Below, in pieces: positions 1 through 12,494 of a stretch of DNA of 64,000 nucleotides. This stretch comes from Dicyema japonicum (taxonomy: Eukaryota; Animalia; Dicyemida): contig RDEW01000050.1 of the NCBI GenBank assembly GCA_011109175.1, positions 150,694 to 214,693 of the forward strand, in the 5' to 3' direction. A program made the position numbers and the translations under genes. Under the pieces are notes generated by a model. The model did no database searches. It was given only the letters and a program-made list of their open reading frames with translations, and was not told where the DNA came from. How positions within the stretch are numbered: the stretch's first letter is position 1; the number at the start of each line of letters is the position of its first letter.

Positions 1-319
1 TCTATAACAACGGATACCATTTATATTGGTTATTGATTTCTTCAATAATAAAACAAGAAAATATTAATAATAATCGTGGAATATCGCTGTAGCGGCAGAT
101 TTCCCCCTTGAAAACCGTAGAGTTACCCGCAAGATCCAGCATAGTATGGTTAAAGAGGTACTGTTAACCTGTATCAATAAGATTATGGCTAATGCGGTGG
201 AGGCTAAGCCAGTAGGGTCACCGGGTGCTCTCCTAGTGCTTTATATAGTACAGATTACCTATGAGGAGTTGACGTACAAGCCCAGACCACCCAGTAAATG
301 GAGGGAGCAGATCTGTGAT

Positions 320-1100
320 TGGCAACCCCATTGTGGACAAAACATTTTGGAAAAGTTATGTCGCGAACGTTTTTTCGTGATGAAACGTGCGATAATTAGA
401 GGTGTGGTCCAAAATTGTGAAGTCTGCTTATTCTCGTCAATTCTAAAACAATCTGATGAGATTTGTCATATTTTTTTAACTCCCCGAATGAAAGATTCCA
501 AGTCGATCTTATCGACTTAAAAAGGTATTTCCTATGGTTTAATTTTGTATATTTAAAAGCTGTAATAATTCATTTTTTGGTTACTCACTGTTATTCACGT
601 GTATTCAAAATTCGCGTTTACAAAAAATTTAAAAAATAAGTTCGGGAGAGAAGTTGCAAAGAGTTTAAAAGAAATTTTTTGTGTCTCTGGTCATGCAACT
701 ATATTCAGTCCGATAACGGAACTGAATTTAAGAATTCAGAAATTACCAAATTTTGCGAAGATTACAATATTATTCAGATCCACGGTCGGCCAAACAATCT
801 CAAGAGTCAGGGGATTGTTGAGAGATTTAATCAGACAACATCAAGAGTATTGTCAGATTAATGGCTAATCAAGTTAACGAGAATTGGACTGAGTACATTC
901 TCGAAGCAGTATACTTGTATAATTTATCATTGCATTCGTCAACTGGTATTTTAAATTATATAAAAGTAAAGATGAAAACTTTTTGGAGATATCGAGGAAT
1001 TCCTGGTTTCAACACAAAGGTACCTTCACAGATAGTCCAATGTGCTGAGGATTATGATCCTGATTCGTCCAATTTTGATGTGGAAGACAGTCATCCAATT
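320..1100 (+). mobile_element. Degenerate Ginger/gypsy-type DDE integrase (no RT seen); its 3' part continues at about 3123-3320 beyond the CRE insertion
   Basis: H2C2-type zinc module (PHCGQ...VVQNCEVC) and rve core (YIQSDNGTEFKN...HGRP...SQGIVERFNQT) across frameshifted ORFs 146-520, 599-868, 679-861, 861-1112; reading DSHPI resumes as HPIVLKF at 3123. Confidence 0.7.
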
Positions 1101-3122
1101 TTTTTTTTTTAAACAAAAATTTATTAACAATAAAATATTATTTATTAACTATGGGGGAGAGCGGCTGCTGACATCACGGAGTAAGCGTTTCCGCGAATAA
1201 CTGCGATACCAATTCTTTGCCTCAGCCAGACCGCTTCCCGCACGTCTTTCTTGCGGTGGGCCAATTTTCCCCCGATTTCCTTTAGGAAAGAGGCTGTAAT
1301 ACTTCCAGCCGCACCAGACGTCTCGATTGCTACCGGTACAAAACGGTAGAGGTCTCCAATTTCGCCATATTTTTTAATCTTGATTTTTCGGCCAGATCGG
1401 CTGCCGATCCAGCAGACTGCGCCGAGCTGAGCATCATCGAGTTTGAGAAAGAATCCACAACAGTGCAGTCCCATACGAGCGATTTTCCCTCAGTGAACGG
1501 AAAGATAGTTAACCCATCCGGTCTTTTCCCATCTCCGCGGTCCAATCCCACAGGTTCCATACTGCCGGAAAGCCTGCCGCTTCAAGAGCTCGCAAGACAA
1601 TGTTGTTCATAGCAGCATGGCGGGGTGCTCTGCCCGCACTCCTTTTGCACGAGAGGGTGCAGCCCTTTGGCATCGACGATCCCTCCACAGCGACATTGGT
1701 GTTCGACGCAAACATCAGCTCCCAGGCGTTGTGCGATTCCAATCCGAATACAGTCATCGTCCAATAGGGTCCCCAGGGAGGAAGACGGGAGTGCATCCAG
1801 CCACGCTCCGCTCCCATGGTTGGCGGCGGACACGAGGCATGCAAGACGATGCTGGTTGGCCTCAGACTTTAGCACGTCGAAGATATTCTTGGAGTAAATA
1901 TCATCCCAGTCACGTTGCCTCGAAGGATCGTTCGGCATATCCAAACCAGTTTCACACCATTCGCAACGAGCTTCGTCGAAGACTTTTTCCCAAGAGAGTC
2001 CGGTTGTAATACGTAGGATTTCTTGGACCAAAAGGCTTCCACTTGAGAGCGATGACACATATGCTGGATAGGCGATCTCCAGCGCCGACCTGAGACCCGT
2101 TCCTCCGAGGCGTGTAGGAAGCTTGCATTGGTTCCAACTCGGCGCATCAAACTGGATGTTTAGAAGTAATTCAGCTGATTTTCTCAATGTCCTATCCAGT
2201 GACAGGAGGATGTCACGATGTTTGAAGCAGGGAGAACATCGGAGAGCATATAGGAGTTTGGGCAAGCCGATGCTATTCTTCAAAAGGAAGAACGCTGTAT
2301 GACCATCGAGTAAGGAAAGTTTCTCCGTGACTCTGGAGAGTTCATCCTCTTTTGTTTGTAGATGGCTCCGCAGTTCCTTTTCGTCAAGTGGGCACCCAAG
2401 AAAGTATGTCCGCTCCCTGGGTACGACAGTAATTCCAGGTAATACCGAGTTGAAAGACTCGACCACGTTGATGAAATCACTCTCCGAGTATGTGATATTT
2501 ATTAGCTCCGATTTCTTTATGTTTATCTCAAGTCCGAGGTTTCGTAGTGCTGGCACGGCATGTGACAGAACGTCGTGTACTTTTCTCCACGGCCCTCCAA
2601 TTGTGGCGTCATCGAGATACCAAAGGTTAAGTTGTGTGTTTATAGAGCGGACAATTTCATCGATGGCCAGAGCGAAGAGTAGTGGACCAAGTGGGTCTCC
2701 TTGTTGAACTCCGGTCTCCGAACAGATAATCTTGTCCCCGAAAACCAGTGAAGAATTGTTCCGTAAGCGAGGAAGACAAGTGGAATAAGTTCCGGGGCTC
2801 GTTTGCTTGTAGTTTCGAAAATTTGATCCCTCCTCAATGAATTGAAGGCATTGCAGATGTCCAGCTTGACCCCAATGTGTGGGTTTTGTTCGTCATTCTG
2901 TCCAAAAAAACACCTCGCAGCATGCACTGCCGCCTCGCATCCGTTCCTTACACCAACCCCCAGTTGGAGGGGGGAAAATTCTTCAGATATTCTCGGAGAG
3001 ACAATGCTGCATGCAATTTTCGCTGTCAATCTTCTGAAATAGTTGCCGACTGCGATGGGGCGGACCCCACCTTCAGGTTTTTTGAAGGCCAATAAATGTG
3101 CACTGAAAAGGAGCTCCCTTGC
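1101..3122 (-). mobile_element. 5'-truncated CRE-like non-LTR retrotransposon (RT plus restriction-like endonuclease)
   Basis: RT motifs (RPIAVG..RRL, QLGVG, QGDPLGP, YLDDAT); REL motifs (GKRPDGLTIFPF..GKSLVWD, PVAIETSG, AVIRGNA); poly(A) tail seen as the T-run at 1101-1110; 11-bp TSD gtcatccaatt at 1090-1100 and 3123-3133. Confidence 0.9.
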
Positions 3123-3859
3123 GTCATCCAATTGTTTTAAAATTTTCATTTATTGATAAATTTAATTTTCAACCTGTGAATAAAGTAGATATTATCGAAG
3201 AATGGATAAAAAGATGTCTGTGCATACTTCAAAATATGAATTTCAGATTGGAAATAAAGTTCAATGGAATATTAAATTATAGGCTAAAATTCTTAAAGAT
3301 TATGGCATTAATCCATCGTTGAATTTGGACAAATTTGAAAGTCCATATTCTGATAAAGTAACTATTAATGAAAAATTATCTAATAATCTTGTTATCGTAG
3401 AACAGGAGGATAGATCAGGATATTAAGTTCATAAAAAAAAGACTTAAAAAATAAGATAAATAAAGGAAATTAAATTTTTTAATTAAATATATTGGGTTTT
3501 ATTTCAAAAAAAAATAAAGGAAGACAAGAACTTAATGACATTGATCGAAGAATCTGTAACCGCATTGGGAATTAGTGTCTATCAGGGATGTAGTTTCAAG
3601 CGAGATTTATAATAATGTTCTATCTATGTTTAATTATTTCTTATGATATACTTATTATTTCTCCATTTAAGTTATTTTGTAACTTTTATTAGTAGAAAAT
3701 ATAATTATTTAATTTATTAATTAAAAATATAATAATTAAATTTACTAATTTAAAGAACGCTCTAAGCATTCAATGGTATGAGAGGTCTGGAATTCAAAAG
3801 ACTAGTCAACCTGGTATGTTTGGAAAAAAACTATTTTTTTAAGTTCTCTCGTTGTTGCT

Positions 3860-4835
3860 ATGAGGAATACGAGAATATTTCCAGATAAAGATATATTTAA
3901 AAACTCTGAGAAGGAAGTTAGTGTTACTGCTATCCTACAAGTAAAAAACTCCGATATGGGTGCACTCCGAATATTCAATACTCTATGTAGTATGGATTCT
4001 CTCAAGTGGCTCGAATATCGCGCCGACACACAGGAGAATTTCTCCTGAACTTTAAAACTACAAGTGATTTGGAAGGTTTCCAGAATCAACTAGAAGAAAG
4101 AAAAACTTTTGAAGTTAATGGACATTCATTACAAAAAGCTACGCCGAGACCCTCAGTAGTATGCTTAAAGGTCTTCCGACGTGGATTGAAACCAATGAGT
4201 TGGAAGAATACCTTGGAACGATATTGGGAGAAAAATTTACGGTTGAAAGATTTGAAAAGCAGGGCATCAGACTATCTGTTGCCAAACTTACAATTTCGGA
4301 CAGAAATGAGGCTGAATCTCTTGTAAGATTTGGACTGATAATTGGATATCTGAAGATAAAAGTTGAATGGTTCAATAAACCAGAGATCCAATGTTTTCGT
4401 TGTCAACGGTTTGGTCATATTGCTCGTTTTTGCAAGAATGTTGAAAGATGCCTTGTTTGTTCTGGGCCACATAGAAGATCGCAGTGTCCTGTTACAAACA
4501 ATAATAAGTCGTGTGTGAATTGTGGTTCATCCAGCCACTTTGCCAATTATGGAGGATGCCCCAAGGCTGTTGAAGCTAACATAGCGAAGAAAAACAAAAT
4601 TGACCAAAAAAGGAAAGAATCGAATAGAAAATTATCTCTAAAACGAGAAAATGCCTATAATGGAGAAAGTGAAGTTTCCAATATTGGAACGAATAAGAAA
4701 TTAAGAATGTATGAGCAGACTGGCTGGAATACGACATATAATAAGAAACCTTTTATAAAAGAAACAGTAGAAGCTTCAACACAGACAAGCAGTTTTGATG
4801 AGAGTGACCAGGCGGAACACCTGTTAGAAAAGTGA
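3860..4835 (+). pseudogene. LINE ORF1 (gag-like, CCHC zinc knuckles), two frameshifts
   Basis: CFRCQRFGHIARFC / CLVCSGPHRRSQC / CVNCGSSSHFANYGGC; ORFs 3860-4048, 4006-4326, 4161-4835. Confidence 0.85.
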
Positions 4836-7560
4836 CTTTTGGAGTTGCTACACAGACTATCGAGACTCACTCAAACATCTTGTCTGAAAATGAAGAAGTA
4901 GTAGCTTCCAACTCGATTCTTGACAAGTTGGAGAGAAGCATTAAAGATATGACTAGAACAAAAAAGGATTCTAAATTTTTACTAGATTTGGTGGCGCTCT
5001 TAAGAAGAGAGGGCAGTCACCAAAAAAAACCAGAAGTAGTCAGGATAACCCTGATTAATGCCCGTTCTCTTCGGAAACGGGCCTCAGTGCTGGTTGCTCT
5101 AGCCAGCACGATCCAGATGGATGTTCTAATTATAAACGAAACTAAATTGAAGAAAAGACCATTTAAAATTGATGGATACGACTCATTAGATATTTTTTGG
5201 AAGACTGGTTCTTGTGCTGGAACAGGAACTTCAATTTACTACAAAACTTCTTTAAATACAAGACTACCCACGATCAATGAAGAAAATCTTTGTGAACTAG
5301 CAAGCATTCAACTACAAACAACCATGGGATGGATAACTATCGGAGGAATCTATTCTAAAAAACTAAGAGAGTATCCATGGATTGTTGACAAATTTATGGA
5401 AAACAATGAATATCCAATCCTTGTTGGGGACATGAACGCTAAACATACTGACTATGGTTGTGTAGCAACCAATCAAGATGGAAAATGCCTTGTAAAATGG
5501 ATGAAGTCTGGAGAGTTAAAGATTTTAACTTCAGTAGAAATTAATCACTTTGCACCAAGGAGTGGGGACAAGCTCGGAGTTTTTGTGATGCCTCAGAATC
5601 TAAGCAAAATTTGTGAGCACCCATATGTGGAGCAAGATATTGGAAGCGACCATCTTCCACAAACTTTGGAAATAAGGACGGGGCCTATATCTGCTGAAAG
5701 AACTTTTGTTGGCTACAACCTTAATAATGTCAACTGGGTTGATTTCGATTATTTTATACGGGTGAAACTGGGAAATGTCTGTGATCTATTGATCTTGGAC
5801 TCCTCAGATATTGATTACTTGGATGACAAAATTAGGACTTTGATATTGTGTTATTTGGACGAATATGGAAGTAAAAAATTCGTATGCCGCATGGATGCTC
5901 ATCAATGAGCTTAAAAGAAGATTCCCTCCATCGAGAGAAAAAATCACTTGAAAGTAAACTGAAAAGATGTTGGAACATTCCCGACTCGGAAAAGCTAAAG
6001 GTTCAGATCAGCTTAGTGAAAAATGAATTAATGGAAATATTCAAACGAAAACAGGAAAATAAATGGAGAAGAGAATGCTCAAAGATCAATCACAAGAATG
6101 CAGACTTTTGGAAAGTATTCGCGAGATTGAAATCCTCTGATGACAAATGTGATGAAATACACCTAAAATCATCCAATGGTTGTTGTATTTCAAAGGGGAA
6201 ATCCCAGATATTCTACGGCAACAGTTAGCAAAAATTCAAGAAGTAGATCCTGCTTCCATTATTCCATGTGAATTTCGAAGCAATAATCATCACTATGATA
6301 GGATGGTGTCAATGAAGGGTCCTATGTGTACCCTATTTCCCCTGAAGAAGTAAAAATTGCGATTTGTAGCTGCAAGAACAAAACCCCTGGATGGGATTTT
6401 ATCCCAATGAAAATATTCAAGAATGCAAATGCTATGTTAATTGATGCATTAACCATGCTTTATAATGCCTCGTGGAAACTTGCTCACGTTCCATCGACCT
6501 GGAAAAAGTCGATTGTTCGGATGATTGGAAAGAAAGGAAAATCAAGATCTAATCCAGAAAATTATAGACCAATTAGTCTTATTTGTTCAACTTCAAAAAT
6601 TATGGAGAAAATTGTCTTCAATAGATTATCAAAAGTGGTTGAGGAAAACAATTTTCTTGCAAACAATCAGTGGGGGTTCCGTAAAAATAGAGGAACTGAA
6701 GATGCCCGAGAACTTAAGTCAATTCAAGAATCTATAAGTAAGAAAGAATACCTTACTGCAACGTGTTTGGACATATCCAAGGCTTTTGACAGTGTCTGGC
6801 ATGAGGGACTTCTCGAGACATTGTCAAAAGCGAACATTGGAAAGTCGGCCGACATGTAAAGTCGGCGCTCATGTGGATTAGAGACTTCCTTATGGGAAGA
6901 GAGTCTTATATTCGTGTGGGAAATATGCTCTCTAAAAAGATAAAACTAAGTAGAGGTGTTCCACAAGGTTCAATTTTGAGTCCCCTCCTCTTTAACTGTA
7001 TAATGAGCGAGGTGCCAAAACCGGGACACATCAATACCAAAATGATAATTTACGCAGACGACATTCTAATTTTGGACACTAGTATAAATAAATCAATATC
7101 ATGGACAAGAACATTAGCTCATATGTTGAAAATCGAAGATTGGTGTCGGAATAATGGATTGACATTATCAAGAGAAAAAAGTTCTGTAACCTGGATAGCG
7201 AGAAATAGGAAGAATCAATATGTTGATACAGGGAATGTTAAGTTCTCGGAAAACCTGATATACCTTGGAGTATGCATTAACAAAAAAGGATCGTTTAAAG
7301 AGCACATCAAAAATACGAAGAGAGAAAGCTACGGGAATGCTCAAGTCCCTACTCCGCTTTCATTTGTCTCCAGATACTTTTATGTTTGTCTACAAAGCGT
7401 GTATTGAACCTTTCCTAATATATGGATATCAAGGTTGGTTTAAAACAGAGGAGGAATCAGTCTACTAACTAAATTAGAAAAGACAAGAAGGTATGCAATT
7501 AAACTCGCACATGGATTGGATTTAGCATCTGAAATTGATGACGAATACGAAAGAAAAACG
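4832..7560 (+). pseudogene. LINE ORF2 (AP endonuclease plus reverse transcriptase), disrupted
   Basis: APE: TLINARSL, INETKL, VGDMNAKH, GSDHLP; RT: NYRPISLI, QWGFR, DISKAFDSVWH, GVPQGSILSPLLF, YADDIL. Confidence 0.9.
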
Positions 7561-7767
7561 AGAAGAATCGCTGATTTATTACATTGCTTGTGGAAACTCG
7601 CATTGTAATTGGGGCTTTTTACGGAGAAGAGACATACGGTGTCTCTGAGAGTTGCCCCCGATATAGACGACCCAAATCTTGGCTTTCCTCTTTAGTTAAT
7701 GGCTCTTACCTTGTTTAGTTAGTTGGGGTTTTGCGAATAAATCATGTTATCTATCTATGTTTGGATC

Positions 7768-8762
7768 CATATATTAAGAAAGGTTCAATACACGTTTTGT
7801 AGACAAACATAAAAGTATCTGGAGACAAATGAGAGCGGAGTAGGGACCTTAGCATTCCCGTAGCTTTCTCTCTTCGTATTTTGATGTGCTCTTTAAACAA
7901 TCCTTCTTTGTTAATGCATACTCCAAGGTATATCAGGTTTTCCGAGAATTTAACATTCCCTGTATCAACATATTGATTCCTCCTATTTCTCGCTATTCAG
8001 GTTACAGAACTTTTTTCTCTTGATAATGTCAATCCATTATTCCGACACCAATCTTCGATTTTCGACATATGAGCTACTGTTCTTTTCCATGATATTGATT
8101 TATTTATACTAGTGTCCAAAATTAGAATGTCGTCTGCATAAATTATCATTTTGGTATTGATGTGTTCCAGTTTTGGCACCTCGCTCATTATACAGTTGAA
8201 GAGGAGGGGACTCAAAATTGAACCTTGTGGAACACCTCTACTTAGTTTTATTTTTTTAGAGAGCATATTTCCCACACGAATATAAGACTCCCTTCCCATA
8301 AGGAAGTCTCTAATCCACATGAGCGCCGACTTTCCAATGTTCGCCTTTGACAATGTCTCGAGAAGTCCCTCATGCCAGACACTGTCAAAAGCCTTGGATA
8401 TGTCCAAACACGTTGCAGTAAGGTATTCTTTCTTACTTATAGATTCTTGAATTGACTTCCTAAGTTCCCGGATCTTCAGTTCCTCTATTTTTACGGAACC
8501 CCCACTGATTGTTTGCAAGAAAATTGTTTCCTCAACCACTTTTGATAATCTATTGAAGACAATTTTCTTCATAATTTTTGAAGTTAAACAAATAAGACTA
8601 ATTGGTCTATAATTTTCTGGATTAGATCTTGATTTTCCTTTCTTTCCAATCATCCGAACAATCGATATAGACGACCCAAATCTTGGCTTTCCTCTTTAGT
8701 TAATGGCTCTTACCTTGTTTAATTAGTAGGGGGTTTTGCGAATAAATTATGTTATCTATCTG
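7768..8762. mobile_element. 5'-inverted (twin-primed) second copy of the same LINE
   Basis: 7768-8665 is the reverse complement of 6509-7427; 8663-8762 repeats the sense 3' end 7659-7755; 12-bp TSD tatgtttggatc at 7756-7767 and 8763-8774; 3-nt microhomologies at both junctions. Confidence 0.85.
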
Positions 8763-9700
8763 TATGTTTGGATCTGTCCAAGGATTTTGATAGCTTTTGG
8801 CACGAAGCCCTCCTATAGAGGCTAGCAGCTGCTGATATTCAAAAGAAACTTTTCATGTAGATAAAGGATTTCCTAACAGGACGGACTTCCCAAGTACGTG
8901 TTGGATCAAATATGTCAAAAGATATCATACTGAAGAGGGGAGTTCCACAGGGTTCCGTCTTGAGTCCACTTCTGTTCTACGTATTCTTGTCAGACTTCCC
9001 AACTCCACCGATACGAACACCAGATGATATTCTGATCACGGATACATCCGGGAAATCAACTCTCTCGGAAAAAAATCAAGTCATTCATTGAACAATTACA
9101 GGACTGGTGCACCAAGAGAGGGATGAAACTGTCCACTGAGAAGTCCAGCTATTTGAAAGTCAGTCGCCTAAGGAGGCATCATACGCAGCCCTACTCACTT
9201 GTCATTCCAAAAGTAAATTCACTGCGCTACCTCGGGATAGTAATCGACGGGAAAGGTTTTTTCATGGAGGCATTAGACGAAGAAGGAAGAAGGCGCTTCA
9301 AGCACATTTATGTACAAGAAAGTTGTTCGTAAGCTTGGAGACCCTCTTGTTCATCTTCATGAGAATCATTCTTCCAGAGCTGCTATATGGATGCGAAGCA
9401 TGATTTTTCTCTTGTCAAAGAGAAGAATTATGTTACTTATGGAAAAACCAGAAGGTCGGCAATAAAGTTGGCTTTGGGGAAAAAGCTTTTTGATGTTCTC
9501 AGTACCGAAGAAGACAAGATTCTAACACCGGTCAAATATATCGTAGAGAAAAGGATCGATGGGATCCGACGATAGAAGGAGACTAAATGGAGACGGGGTG
9601 CATCGGAATGTCCAGGCCGCATAGCGGACACGTTTAAATATCCCTTAAACTAACTCCTTATTTGTTGAATAAATTAGTTTCGGTTTCTTAGCTGTTGTTC
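8763..9700 (+). mobile_element. Older Jockey-like LINE RT/3' fragment, the target of the two insertions; its upstream part lies at about 3770-3824
   Basis: Removing both inserts joins MRGLEFKRLVNLVCL to DLSKDFDSFWHEALL; GVPQGSVLSPLL and YLGIVID follow. Confidence 0.75.
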
Positions 9701-9759
9701 TTGGGTCTATAAAATTGGTCGCCATAATTTTTTAGTTTAAAATTCTGGTGTGCGCTTGA

Positions 9760-11030
9760 CGCATGGGTGATTATCGACCGATAACCTGAATGCCAACCCT
9801 GTATAAGCTGATGACCAAATTGGTGGCTAATTAGGTCAGGAGCTTTGTAGAACCAAATGGGATTCTTTTCGAGAATCAGTTGGGTACTGTGCGAAATTGT
9901 CAGGGGACAAAAGAGCAAACTTTGATCAACAAGTGCCTTTCTGTGTTTCACAGTAAAACTCAAGAGGGGGATCCTTCAGGGAGATAGCATGTCTAAGCTG
10001 CTCTTTGTTCTATGTTTGGGGCCATTGAGTCGCCTCCTCAAAGACCGGTTTGAGCAAATACCGATTCATTGAGAGAGGGTTTGTTTCAGTACAAATCACC
10101 TTCTTTTTATCGATGACCTGAAGATGTATGCTCGAACAGATTAGGAGTTCTACTCCATGGGGGTCTGTGCTAGGAATTCTTTGATTGCATAGGATTAGAT
10201 TCGAATTATTCAAAGTCTGCGACTAACACGCAAGTATGTAGCGAATTAGTAAGAGTCCTAGAGGAACACGAAGGATATAAGTATCTGGGTGTTACCGAAA
10301 CTCCAAAGACCCTTATAATGCCTGAGACAAAGCGACAAAATACTGAAGGCATTCGTAAAAGAACAATGTTAATGTGTAAGACGTCTCTAAATGCAAGGAA
10401 TTTGTTCCTAGCATTAAATGAGTATGCTGTCTCGCTGCTAATCTACTAAATAGGTGTTGTGGAGTTTGAGCCCAAGGAGTATGATGAGATGGATATTATG
10501 ATCCGTGGAGTACTCAGAGAGAACCATGTGCTGGCAGCCAATAAGGAGAGACTATATTTACCTCGTGATAAATTCGGCCATGGACTGTGTGGAGTAGTCC
10601 AACTAAGTGAGCGTATTCTAATGCGAATGCACGACACCCTGATAGCTGGGTCAAGTGTGTCTGCTAGGAAGCACGCCATAATAACGACCGAGAAAACAGG
10701 GGCAACCCACTTAGGCACTATCAGACCTTTTTTGTCTGCTAAGTATGGTGTTGATGATGGTGGGCTAGTAAATGTGAAGGCGTTGATCGAACTACAATAT
10801 AATAATTTGATGGAAAATTTCAACTTAAAAAGCCTTCATAAGTCTTCTTCAGAGCATTGGACAACCCACATGTCGACCTTAAGTCGTCGACAATATCGAG
10901 GCGCTGTACACGTATATGCAAAACCGCAATATTTTTGGGGTCGATCAACAAATACATTGTCCCCATTGTAAGTCAAGGAGCATATCGGTTGATCATTTAG
11001 CAACTCGGTGCGGATCCATGCTCTGCCACG
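9760..11030 (+). mobile_element. Degenerate R4/Dong-like (REL-type) non-LTR retrotransposon fragment
   Basis: RPIT.MPTLYKL, ENQLGTVRNCQGTKEQ, RGILQGDSMS.LLFVL, NHLLFIDDLK, YKYLGV, ERLYLPRDKFGHGL, CPHC...DHLATRCG zinc finger. Confidence 0.75.
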
Positions 11031-11039
11031 ACTATTTTT

Positions 11040-11820
11040 TACACGCCAAACTTTTCATAGTATCCAAATCCTCCCCACTTACGAGCTTCCGGTTGATTGC
11101 TTTGAGATCCTCATCCAGCACCCCCCAGTAGCGTAGTACGCGGGCGCCCTCGATATTTCTTTCCACTTGCAGCGAAATATTCCTCCATTGCCAAATTTGC
11201 TGGTGATGTGGGGTCCATCCGTAGGACGTGTCCAAACAGTCTCCATCGGGCCTCCATCATCCAAGTCACAGGTCACTTTGAGCACTTTCGGTACAGTGTC
11301 TCATTGTTGATCCGTGCCGGCCATTGTACCCCGCACACTATTCGTATTTGCCTTCGGTGGAAGGAGCTAAGATTTTTGGTTTCTGAAACCGAGGTCCCCA
11401 GCAGGAAGAGTTATATAGCAAGACCGGCTTCATGAATGCATTGTAGAGCGCAAACGAAACGCGATCGTTACCGGTCTGTTAGTTAACCAATCCGTCTTCA
11501 TCATGTTCAGTGCGACCGTCGATAGTACTTTTCTCCGGGTAATGTCCTTACTGTCCCCGAGGAGGGAGCCGAGCTTTCTGGAACGTCTTCATCTCTCTTC
11601 CAATCTTGATCACATGCGTACGATTTCTACAATTTCAGTTTTAGTTGTATTCACCAGAAGAAACCATTTCCCAAGCTCTGCAGGGCAACGTCATGTAACC
11701 GCCTCAAGGCTGCTTTATCTTCCGATCCGAAATCCACATCATGGGTGTAATGTCTGTCGTTTTGCAAACGCTTGTAGCAGTAACATGAGTTGCACTAATA
11801 ATCGTTTCTTCAATGTTAGC
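11040..11820 (-). mobile_element. RTE-like LINE 3' fragment
   Basis: RKLGSLLG, LYNAFMKPVLLYNSSCW, SFHRRQIR, RWRLFGHVLRMDP. Confidence 0.75.
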
Positions 11821-12494
11821 AGACTCTAGTCAATAAATAAACTCTGACAATGTAAGTAGGCAAAATAATGGTTTTAAAGATCTAGTTCATATTGGTTTTA
11901 AGGTGGTGTAATATCTCCCAACAACCAAAATATTAATGTAAAGAAAGGAGGGATAAATATGCCTTGTAATTTAAAGAAGAGGACATTCGAAATTTTTCAC
12001 GTAACCTAGTACCTTTGCAAATATAATAAAAACTGGGAACTGTTTTTACCTGAGTACGTATATGATGTTTTTAATTATCTGTTGAATATTAAAAGTCCTT
12101 TACTATAGTGAAAGGCAGTTCTTTATAGTATATTGGTAAACCAAGTGATTTAAGCACAGATGAAAAATTTATACTCAAAAGCATAGGCTGAATTATGACT
12201 GTTTCTGGTAAGGATAGACAGTTGTCCCACTCAGTAGTCATACGCTTACAGATTAAATTATTTAACTATAATTTAGTGGTCAGTAGTGAGGGAAATAACA
12301 TTAAGTCTGACATAACTTACAAAAGTGTTGTAATACACGCGTAAGGATTTTAAACATAATTGTTGGTTTAGTTGGTCATAAATTGGTGATAACTGGGATT
12401 GTCAGATAATTTCTTGGGGGCACACAACAACAAAACTTAGTCATAAACTACCACAATAAAAAAACAAAAATTAATGTTATAGAGAATGAAGGAA

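Larger units (their letters stand above)
3825..7755 (+). mobile_element. Near full-length two-ORF Jockey/I-group LINE (copy 1), decayed
   Basis: ORF1 with three Cys/His knuckles, then ORF2 APE-RT; TATC-like tail; 10-bp TSD tatgtttgga at 3815-3824 and 7756-7765. Confidence 0.85.

Noticed and set aside
100-310. GC-richer RTE-5'UTR-like stretch with ccgca/tgcgg pairing and ggctaa, suggestive of an HDV-like ribozyme
   Set aside because: Could not build P1/P3/P1.1 pairings; too degenerate
1617-3095. Multiple plus-strand ORFs over the CRE element, and similar antisense ORFs over other LINEs
   Set aside because: Shadow ORFs of GC-richer TE coding sequence with no recognisable motifs
6509-8665. Long inverted repeat as a fold-back sequencing artefact
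   Set aside because: The arms differ by independent substitutions and indels and are bounded by TSDs and microhomologies, which fits a real insertion
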